A stretch of 64,000 bases of DNA, taken from NCBI RefSeq assembly GCF_020745735.1, contig NW_026867631.1, positions 1,430,070 through 1,494,069 of the forward strand, in the 5' to 3' direction. This document shows, piece by piece, positions 13,067 through 23,315 of this stretch. Each line of letters starts with the position of its first letter. Positions within the stretch are counted from its first letter, which is position 1. The notes beneath the pieces were generated by a model. It did no database searches, was not told the DNA's origin, and saw only the letters and a list, made by a program, of their open reading frames with translations. The translations under genes and the position numbers were made by a program. The DNA is from Hemiscyllium ocellatum (taxonomy: Eukaryota).

Positions 13067-16000
13067 TTTTTCTTTCTCACACCATCGCTCGTTCTCTTCA
13101 AACGCCTCTTTCTTTACTCTTCTGTCTCTCTTTCCCTCTTTTTTCTCTCATTCTTTGCCTGTCCCTCTCACTCACTCTCTCTCTCCCTCCGTTATTCCCT
13201 CTCTCCATCCCTAACTCTCGTCTTTCTCTCCACCCACCCACTCAGTCTTCCACTCTCTCACTTCTTATCTCTATCTGAACAAGCCCTCTCCCCTTCCATT
13301 GCACCTCTGTCATCCTCACTTCACTCCCTCATCCCTTGCATTCTCTCACCATCTCATTCCTTTATCTCTTCGCCCCCATTTTCTCCCCATCCTCTCTGTC
13401 CCTCTCACTCGTCACCTCTCTCACCCTCTATCCCCATCTCTCTCTCCTCTCGTCTCTCTCTCTTCTTTCCTCAGTTCCCTCTCTCTATTTTTGTCTGCCT
13501 GCTCACTATCTGTCTCTGCTTCTCTTCATATCTCTCGACCTTGCTTTTTCTCACGTCCTCACTCACTTCTCCCTTTCCAGATCTTGCTCCACCCTGTCCT
13601 CATCACTTTCTCTCTTGTCAAGTAAACGCCTCTATCTCGACTATTCTTACTACTCAGTTCACTCTACGCCATCCTTTATCTCTGTTTCCCTCTTTCCAGC
13701 TCTCTGTCGCCCAATCCCTCAACTCTGTAAATCTCAGCGTCTCCTCGCTTTCTGTCTTCTCCCTCTCTCACTTTTCACGCCGTCTCTATCTCCCCTACTC
13801 CCTCGTCTCTTTCTAACTCGCTCTCTTTGTCTCCTCCCTCATAGTTTCTCTTGACGATCTTTCAATTCATTTTTCTCTCTCTCTCACTCTGTCTGTCTCA
13901 TTCTTCTCTGTCTCCCCAGCACTGTTTTCTCTAATCTCGCCCCACCTTCCTACTCACTCACCCTCTCGCTACAATTAACCGCTTCATCTTCTCTCCTCTG
14001 TTTCTTTCTCCCTTCTCTATTTCTTCAACCCTCCACTCTCTCCCGTTCCACATCTCGCTTTCATAAACTTGTTATCTCTTCGCATTCAATCTTTACTGAG
14101 TTACCCTATCCCTCTCGCATGCCATCTCTATTGATATCTCTTCTCCCTGTCCATCCTCCCCTCAATCTCCGCCAACTCCCCTTAACACCTTCGTTTTCCC
14201 TCTCCCAGTCAGCACTCTGCTCGTCTGCTAACACTCTCACTCGCCATCTTTCTCCTCCCCCTGTCTCTGTACACCACTCTGCCCCTCCTTTTCTCATTCT
14301 CTCCCTCTTTAAACCCCCTCTCGACTTCTCTCACAACCTCTCTCGCCCTAATTTCTATTCCTCAGCCCACTCTCTCCCAAATCTGTCTCCCTGTCCTTCC
14401 CCTACTTGTCTTTCCCGCTTCCTTTATCTTTCTTTTCAACATCGCTTTTTGTCTCACTATTTCTTCAGTTACTGACACTCTCTCCCCTTTTCATTTTCTT
14501 TGGCTCCTCCACTCTGCTCAAATCTCTCTCCCCAGCTTCCCACCCGATCTCTGCTGCTCTATTCCTCTCTCTATCACCTCTCTTTCACTCTCTCGCCCCC
14601 TCTTGTCGTTCTCTCGAGCCTCTCTTTCTCCAAACCTGACTCTCTCTTCCCTTTCGCTCTCTGCCCCTTGATCTCTCAAACACACGCTAGCTCTTCCACT
14701 GTCTCCCACTCTCTATGCCTACTCACTCTTCATTCTCCATCCCCAAACTCTCTGTCTCCCTACTCTCCAACTCTCTCTACCCCTCCCCATTTCTCTCACC
14801 CTTACCATCATACTTTCATTCATTATCCATCTTCATTCCCCTCTCTCCATTCTCCCTGTCTCCCTTCTCGCATTGACCTCTCATTTTTTCTGTCCCTTTC
14901 TCTACTTCTTTCGTACTCCCTCCCACTCCCTACGCAGTCTTACTCTCTCTCTCCCTCTCCTATTTTCTCTCTCTTCCACATCATTTTACTCCATTGTATC
15001 GCCACTCATTCTCTCCGCCTGTCATTTTCTCTCTCTGTCTGTTGATTACTCTGCTCCTCTCACACTCCAAGCCCCTCATCTCTGTTTTACTAATCCGCCA
15101 ACCCTGTCCTTCCACCACGATCTCTTTCAGTCTCTCTCTCTCTTTGCCAACTCTGTTGATCTCTTCCCTTCTGATTCTTCTCCTCTGATTCTCTTTCGTT
15201 CTGTCCCTCTCTTTATTTCACACACCTTGTCACTCTCTCTTCCGTCTACTCTTCTCTATGTTCATAACTTCCTTTCTTCTTTTTCCCCACCTTCCCCCAA
15301 GTTTTTCTTTTCGCTACCCCCCGAAAGCCATTTCTCTCTCTACAGCGTCCCCCTCCTACTCTCTCTCACCCCTCTGTCTTCATCAACTCAACTCATTCTT
15401 CCCCACATGATCTCTTTCATTCCTCCATTACGTTTTATCATCCTTTCTCTCTCTCCCTCACTCTTTCTCTCTCTCCAACACTGTCTGTTACTCTCACTCG
15501 CCATCCCTCTCTCATTCGCCACTTCTATCTTCCCAACTCATTCTCTCGCCCTCCCTTCACAATCTCTGTCGTAGTCTCTCCCTAACCTCCACCTCTCCAC
15601 CCGTCTCAAATTCCTCTATCTTCCCCGGCTCGCAACTTCAATCACTCTCAACCCCTCTCTCCCTTTTCCCTACCTTCTTTCCCCACACTGTCTCTACCTC
15701 TTCACCCACTCTCTCTCGCTGTCGTTTTTTCTCCCCCGCTCTCACTCTCGCTCTTCCCATCTGTATCTCTCCGTCCCTCCTCTGCCATCTATTATTCTTT
15801 TTCTTCGCTTCCCCCTCTCCCCATCACACTCTATTTTACCGCACCTCACCACACCTCTGACCTCTCTCTGTCCTCTCTCAAACGTTCCTTCTCCCATCAT
15901 CTCTCTGTTTCTGATTGTTGCTCACATCCCTTTCTCTCCCTGTTCCTTCTCATTCCTTGTCTCTGCTTCCCCACCTCTTTCTCCTCATTTCTCCATACCG

Positions 16001-16954
16001 CGCTCTCACCCCTGTCTCTTCACTATTCCTCTTTTGCCCCTCTACACCCCGTCTCTCCACCTCTCTTCCTCTCACTCTGTCATTGTCCCCATACATTTCC
16101 CTTTTTCCATCTTCCCTTTCCTCTTCCTCTTCACTGTCTCTATCTCTCCATCTCAACCCTATTTCCACTCCTTCCCCTCCCTTCCACTTTTCCCTCACTA
16201 TCACCACCTAACGCTCCCTGACCCACTGCATGCTCCCTGTCCATTATCTCTGCCATCTATCAAAGTTCTTTTCCAACCCCTCCTCCCAGCTCCACATCGT
16301 TCTCTCCTGCAACCTCTCTCCAACTCCTTCAATCCTCTCCCCATCTTTTTCCTCATTCTTCTCTCTGCCCAAAATCTCCTCATCTCTCTTTCGCCCAAGT
16401 ATCACCTTTATCCCTTCCATCTCTTTACTCCCATCTCAACAGCTGTCTCACACAGCATCTCCACATTACGATCTGCTCCCCCGTCTCAATCTTCGTTCTC
16501 TCTCTGTCCCTTTGCCAACCTTCCTCTTTTGGTCTCTGCCGTATCTCTCTCCCTCACTCCTCACTCTCTGCTTACATCACAGTCTCTCTCGACCGTGCTC
16601 TGTCTCTTTTACACTTTCCTCGTTCTCTCTGTCTTCCACCCTCTCTAATTCCTTTCCCTAACCTCATCCTCCATTTTTATCCTTCTCGATCTCCCAATGC
16701 ACCTTCTGCTGATTCCCCCCTCGCCCTGTTCTGTCTCTATCTCTGTGTCCCACTTCACCATCTCTGCCCACTTCTCTCTCTCCCTCTGTCTTTCTCCAAT
16801 CTCCGTGCTCATCCTTCCTCTTTTAACCTCATATTATCCATTAGTTTTCACTTTTCCCTATTCTTCTCTTTCTGCGCTCACTCTATCTCACATGACCCTG
16901 TCTCCCTCTCTCCCCTCCTCTCTCTCTTTTTCTCTCTCTATTCTGCCCTGTCAG

Positions 16955-19590
16955 AGGAGAACAGGCCATTACCATTGTGTCTGTATCTCTGATATCAGGG
17001 AAACAGACAGTGCCCACTCTGTGTGCATTACAGAACCAAAGGAGAGCAGACCAATTTCACTGTATTTGTCTCACTGAGAGTGAGAGAGAACACATACACA
17101 ATGTGTCTGTATCACTGGCCCATAGGAGACCGGACTAATGCCACTGTCTGGCTCACTGTCCACCGGGAGAACAGACTGATATCGCTGCGTGGGCATCCAT
17201 GACGCCCGGACGTGTCGACCAAGACCACTTTGTATCACAGACTCCGGGGAGACACGGATATTTTAAAGTCTGTGTGACTGCCCATGGGTAGCGGAAACTA
17301 ACCCCATCTATGTCTGTCCCAGTGACGCCGCACAGAGGCGACTGACCCCACTCTATCTGTATCACTGGCCGTGCAAAAGCTAGACAGGCTCACTATGTGT
17401 GTATCCCTGACCGGAGGAGAGCAAAATTACTCGAATATGTTGATATTACTAACCTCCTGTAGAGCAGACTGATCGAACCGTGCCTGAATCACCGACCCTG
17501 GAAGAGTAGACAAATGCACTCTGTCTGTGACACTGACCCATTAATTGCAGACTGATACTTCTGTGTCTGTAACACTGACCAGAGGGAGAACAGGCATCAC
17601 TGAGTCTATATCACTGGCGTCGCAGAGTGTAGACTGACACCACTGCTCAAAGCAAGACCTCAATGACCTCAAAATGTCCGTATCACTGACAACAGGGTGA
17701 ACAACCTGGCCCCACGTTTTTTTTTATCACTGATCCAGTGCACAAAAAAACTGAACCGACAATTTCTGCAACACAGAACACGGTCTGATAATACTAACAC
17801 TATTGCGTCTAATTCATAGTTCCCTGGGAGGACAGACTGCAACGATTGTCGCTTTATCACTGGCAGTGGAGGGATGCAGACTGAATCCACCCTCACTGAA
17901 TTACTGATCCCTTGAGTAGTACACTGACTGCACTACATCTGTCCCACTGGTCCGTGCATTGCAGAGTATCCCAACCGCGTGTCTATCATTGTCCAAGGGC
18001 AGACAGAGACTGACACACTGTGTCTGTAACCGTGAAGTCGAGGAGAAAAGATGACCATACTGTGTCTGCATCACTGAGTCCAGGGAAAGGAGACAGGCAC
18101 AACGTCACCTCTATTGCTGACCCTCGGGTGAGCACACGTGCCCCACTGTGGGTGTTTCACTGATCCTATGTGGGCAGACTGACCCCATACTGCCTGTATA
18201 TCAGAGTCCACAATTGCAGACTGGATCCACGGTGTCGGTATTACTGACAACCGAGAGAGCAGACTCGTCCCACTCTGTGTACATCACTGGTCCTGGGGAG
18301 CAGAGACTGCCCTCATTGTATCTGTATCACTTGTGTGGGACAAAAAACGGAAGCCCTCTGCGTCCGTATGAATGATCCTGCGAAAAGCAGGCTGACACAC
18401 TAAACCTGTCCCATTGACAGCAGTGAGGGCAGAATGACCAAACTGCATCAGCATTACTGACTGCAGGAGAACAGACTGACATTGCTGAGTGAGTAACAAT
18501 GATCCCAAAGAGAGCACAACGACCAGAATATGTCAGTATTACCGACTCCGTGCAGAGCAGATGGACTCCACTGTGTCTGTTTCACTGGCACACGACAGAG
18601 CAGACAAATGCACTCTGTCTGTGACTCTTACCCAAGGGGAGAGCTGACTGCTACCATTGTGTCTGTGCCACTTAACCTCAAGGAGAGCACATTGAACCCA
18701 ATATATCTATATCACTGACGTTGGAGACTGCAGGTTGGCAACAATGTGTGTATCATTGCCCGGGGCGAAATGAACGTCCTCAACATGTCTGTATCACTGA
18801 CCGCAGGGAAAGGAAACTGAACACACTGTGTTGTATCACTGTACCCGTGGAGATCAAGCTGTCCCGACACTAACACAGAAAGACATCAATGACCTGATTG
18901 TGTCTGTAATTTACACCAGGAATGACAGAAGTTTCCCACTGTGTCTGCATCACTGACGCAAGAAAGGGAATACTGACGCCACTGTACCTATAGCACTGAC
19001 CCCTGGAGAGACAGACCTAAGATCTGTGCTTCTATATTACTAACCCCGGGAGAGAACTGTGTCTGTGGTACTGACACCGCGGACAGAAAACTAATCCTGC
19101 ACTGTCAGTGTTGCAGACTTTCGTGGGGGTGAGGTGCAAGATGGATCCCTAAACGTAGTAGAGAAAGTGGACTGACTGACAAAAATTTGCATGGCAGACC
19201 ATGGAGAAGCTAGGGAGATTCCTCTCTGTCTGTAATACTGAACCCGGTCAGCTGACTGACACCAGTGCTTCTGCATCGCTGAACCCAGGATAGAATGAAC
19301 ACAGAACGTACTTTGTGTGTTTCACTGACCCTAGGGGTTACCCGACAGACCAAAATCAGTCTGTAACACTGACCCCGTTGACAGCAGACTGACAAACTGT
19401 GTCTGTATCACTGATCTTGGGCAGACTTGCTGATTCCACTTTGCCAGTTCCACCCACCCTTGGGAGAGCAGACTGATCTGGCTGCCTGTGTATTACTAAC
19501 ACAGCGGAGAGCCGCCTGACAGACCTGCTGTGAATCACTGATCACACAGAGAACTGATAGAATGCATTATGTTTCTGTCACTGCCCCCAG
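16955..19590. repeat. Diverged tandem array, ~41 bp unit (consensus near CACTGTGTCTGTATCACTGACCCxGGGAGAGCAGACTGACxC), ~60 units
   Basis: The tgtctgtatcactgacc and gagagcagactga motifs recur at ~40-42 bp spacing. Confidence 0.9.
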
Positions 19591-21350
19591 TGTTATGAAG
19601 ATGAAGAAGTGTACTGCTCCTTCAAGAGAGAGTGAAAGCTGAACAGTTGGCAAACACCTGTCATGTGGCCGATCAGCAGGCACAATGTCTATTTGACAGT
19701 TTGAAGATGTAACATCTGGATTGTGATCTAGGTACTCGTTGTTTATGCAGCAGTTCGAACGTAGCCAATGATTTTAAATTACAAGATACAAATCACAATC
19801 GAAATTTAATTTTACTGTTTTAACAACATCAAATCAATGAGAGGATCTGATGTTTCAGGATATAAAAAGCAGGCATTTTGAATAATGCGCCATAGAAAGT
19901 GCACCTTCTGCCATCGAAGGACTGCTATTCAAACAGTCTCTAAAACGTACCTTTTTCCATCTGAAACATCTTGGCAGCAGAAGAACGCAGATAACTCAGG
20001 GAGATCTAGAAGCAGAGTACACTCGACACCAGGGCGAACAGCCACTGTCTTGTTCTAACAACTGGTTTGCTGTAAATTTGACAGGCGTTTATCGGATGAG
20101 TATATTGTTATAGAGTTGTAGGTAAGTAACAAATCATGAAGCCAAAGGAGCCTTTGAGTTGTGAATAGTTGTTTAATGTTCAATTTTGAAGTAAAATATT
20201 TTTTTTTTAATCATGGAAATGGGATAGGTCTCCGTAATTCAAAATTTAATAGATTAGGATGCAAGGTGAGCTTTTCTCTGTGTATTTGGTTGAAGAAGCA
20301 GAAAGGTTTACTGCCGTGTCAGAACAGTCCGGGGACTCGTGGTTGTGATTTCTACAGGTTCAGAGGGATTCGTTGAAATTTGAACATATTTGAACACATT
20401 TGGGTTCCGAAAGATCCCATAAGATTTACACCCTTGCCGACTGTTATAATGGATCTTCAAATAAAACTCGGGTGCGACAACTTGTTTAATTTTGGTTACT
20501 TGTGATTGGTTAAATTAAAAGTGAGAGACATGACTCTTTAAATTGTGAAAGATATCCGGGGGGTTCAAGATGATTCCCATTATTGCCAAGAAGATTTCGA
20601 AGGAAAGAAAAAGGATCTTCTTTTTTAGTATTTAAAAAAAAGTTTAGAATTGCGTTGAAGATAGTCAAATGTAAAGGTGAAATTGTAATGGCACACTTAG
20701 ATGTGTCACAGAAACAGACAAGTGAAGCAGTGTTAACACAAATTCAATTACTGTTGAGGAAAATGAAAATAAACAAGAGAGAGCGAGAACAATGATAAGG
20801 AGAGAGAAAGAGACATTAAAGCGTGAATAAGGAAAAAGGAAAGGAGAGAGAAAAAGAAAGAAAGAGAAAGAGAGGAAAGTGAGAGGAAGGAAAAATAAAG
20901 AGAGACAAGGTTCTTCGCGAACAAATTAGGACAGAAGAAAGAGAAAGAGAATGAGACAGACAGAGAAGAAAGGGAGAGAGAAACGGAGAGAGAAATTAAA
21001 CTTCAGAAGTCGGGAAAAAGTCAGCAATGTCAAGTTAACAGAATGGAGATTATAAGCGAAGCTAGTAATAAATACAAACATGTTACAAGACTGCCACATT
21101 TTGATGAGAAAGGTGGCGAAGCCCATTTTATTTCATTTGAAAAATTGGCTGGATAGATGGAGAGATCAGAGGTCTTGTGCGGACTATTAGATCAGAGTAA
21201 ACGGTTCGGAAGAGCTCGTGTGGTGTTTGCTACGCTGTCAGATGAGGGCTGATGAAACCATGAAGAGTTCAAACAGGCTATTTTCAGGACATATGAACTG
21301 AAAGCAGAAACGTAAACACAGCGGTTCAGAAACACAATAAAGGAAACTGG
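19591..21350 (+). mobile_element. Gmr1-like LTR retrotransposon 5' part: LTR 19591-20326, degenerate tRNA-Pro-like PBS, decayed gag
   Basis: Starts TGTTATGAAGATG; the LTR ends GTGTCAGAACA, followed by ccggggactcgt. GA-rich coiled-coil gag and YEL..E..QRFR motif near 21290. Confidence 0.75.
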
Positions 21351-21682
21351 TGTCTGTCTGTCGGTGGCAGTTGAATCTGTCTGCTTTTCAAAATGTCTGC
21401 CTTTTTTAAATATCCCGAACATCGGATCATGTCATTAGTTCATTGTTGGCAAAACAATATACTCAATATAAATTGGATGTTCATGCCTCGGGGCATAATT
21501 TTAGCTGATTAGATCAATTCCAATTGTTGTCAAAACAGCAACCAAATCAAATATTTTTTCACAGCCTAATGTTACATATTTCCAATTTTCTAACACAATC
21601 TAAGACGGCTGTTGTCAGCTGTCTGTGCAGAACAGCATTCACCATCTCTTAAATATAGAGTACACGCCGTCACTTTCATAAG
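21351..21682 (-). mobile_element. LTR 5' (U3) fragment of the same family, inverted
   Basis: The reverse complement begins TTATGAAAG..TGTACT and resembles 19591-19890. Confidence 0.65.
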
Positions 21683-22059
21683 TGATGTGATGATATGCCA
21701 GGGGATGTTAAAATAAAGGCATTGCTGGACCAAGCAACAATATATATCAGTGCTCACCGGAACAACAGATGGATGGAATTTTACTCTGAATTTCTTTATC
21801 AGCTCTGGAGTATTGACTCAGATTTGCTTCTGTGGGTTGGAATGTGGTAGTCTCAGCAACATATTATTGACATCAATAAGAATGTATTTCATATCTCAAT
21901 GTTCACTCAGCAGATGATATGAGCCAGCGAAGTGTGGTCTGGAAGTGTCAGTCGTTACAACGAAGAACGATCAGGATTTGGTGTCAGGAATCAGCTCATG
22001 GCCAAAGGAGTCACGACTGTTGTAATACGCCCGTTTCAGCGCAGGTATTGGCCAGGGAT

Positions 22060-22363
22060 GATTAGACGAGAATCCCTACAGTGTGGAAATCGGCCTTTCC
22101 GCCCAATAGGTCCACACCGACCTTCCAATGAGTAACCTACCTGGATCCATTTCCCTCTGACTCATGCAGCTAATGCTGTTGGCAATTTAACAGGGCCAAT
22201 TCACCTGCACTACACATCTTTAGACTATGGGAGGAAACCAACGCAGAAACGTGGTGAATGTGCAAACTCAACATAAAGAGTCACCCGAGGCTGGAATTGA
22301 ACTCAGATTCGTCATTCCCTGACACTGTGAGGCAGCAGTGCTCACTGCTGAGCCACAGTACCG
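22060..22363 (-). mobile_element. HE1-type SINE, diverged
   Basis: Colinear with the 22796-23110 copy, with many substitutions. Confidence 0.8.
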
Positions 22364-22711
22364 CATCTGATGGCTTAGAGTCAGAGGAAAGTAATGAAGG
22401 TTGCAATCGGAACTGAATACAATTACGTTTGTGCTTCTAATCGTTACAGAAAGAGGGCAATAATTCAATGAAATGCCGTTCACAGCTGGAACTGCGTAGG
22501 TCCACAGAGGGAATGCCGCGGGTCACTACCAGAAGCAAAGAGAGATAGCGCGAATGTTATCTGATGCAGTTACTAGTGGTTTGTAAAATAAATATCTGGA
22601 TTCAGTTTCTCAACAGGAGGGATAATCGCATCAAGAAGTCTGGAATAAATGCAAAGTACTGTAACAGTCATACATGGTTGACAGAAATAGTATCTGTTCA
22701 GTAAGACTTAC

Positions 22712-23315
22712 CAGGAACAGCAACGATAGGAAGTACAGGATAATAAAAATATTGAATAATACAATTTGCAGAATAGTTTCGCAATGTTAATTTTTTAGAT
22801 TAGATTAGACTTACAGTGTGGAAACAGGCCCTTCGGCCCAACAAGTCCACACCGACCCGCCGAAGCGCAACCCACCCATACCCCTACATTTACCCCCCAC
22901 CTAACACTACGGGCAATTTAGCTTGGCCAATTCACCTGACCCGCACATCTTTGGACTGTGGGAGGAAACCGGAGCACCCGGAGGAAACCCACGCAGACAC
23001 GGGGAGAACGTGCAAACTCCACACAGTCAGTCGCCTGAGTCGGGAATTGAACCCGGGTCTACAGGCGCTGTGAGGCAGCAGTGCTAACCACTGTGCCACC
23101 GTGCCGCCCACAAATGGCCACCAATAGTACATATAAAGCATCCACACATAGAATAAATTCCTTTGTATTGCTGGAACATACCAGCGTAATGTTGTCAGAC
23201 TTTGATCCACTGTTGAAAAATCCTTGTCTAATATCCCTACATTCTTATTTGTTTTTGCAACATTCCGGACTATTGTTCTCATGTTCTGATCCATTGTTGG
23301 AACATGTCGGTCCAT
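22712..23315 (-). pseudogene. GPR139-like GPCR exon 1 disrupted by a SINE insertion
   Basis: Reads MDRHVPTMDQN...YYWWPF|SINE|(E)KLTLRNYSANCIIQYFYYPVLPIVAVP, then G|gtaag (phase-1 donor at 22712/22711). Removing 22796-23110 restores one 96-codon frame. Confidence 0.8.
22796..23110 (-). mobile_element. Full-length young HE1-type SINE
   Basis: tRNA-like head TGGGCGGCACGGTGGCACAGTGGTTAGC..GGTTCAATTCCC with A and B boxes, central core, LINE-like 3' end and (CTAAT)n tail. Confidence 0.95.

Larger units (their letters stand above)
8655..16950 (+). repeat. ~8.3 kb low-complexity polypyrimidine (C/T) tract
   Basis: Overwhelmingly C/T on the plus strand, with degenerate (CT)n and no clear long unit; interrupted once at 12846-13066. 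Confidence 0.95.

Noticed and set aside
8772-17077. Many long ORFs (up to 790 aa) rich in S/L/P/F
   Set aside because: They overlap in all three frames and result from stop-codon scarcity in C/T-only sequence; many start at non-ATG codons and show no domain signal.
16955-19590. CRISPR-like array or V(D)J recombination signal array (CACTGTG heptamers)
   Set aside because: Eukaryotic context; the whole unit is homologous with no unique spacers; there are no nonamers at 12/23 spacing and no Ig/TCR segments.
23040-23110. tRNA gene
   Set aside because: The A/B boxes belong to the SINE head; there is no complete cloverleaf.
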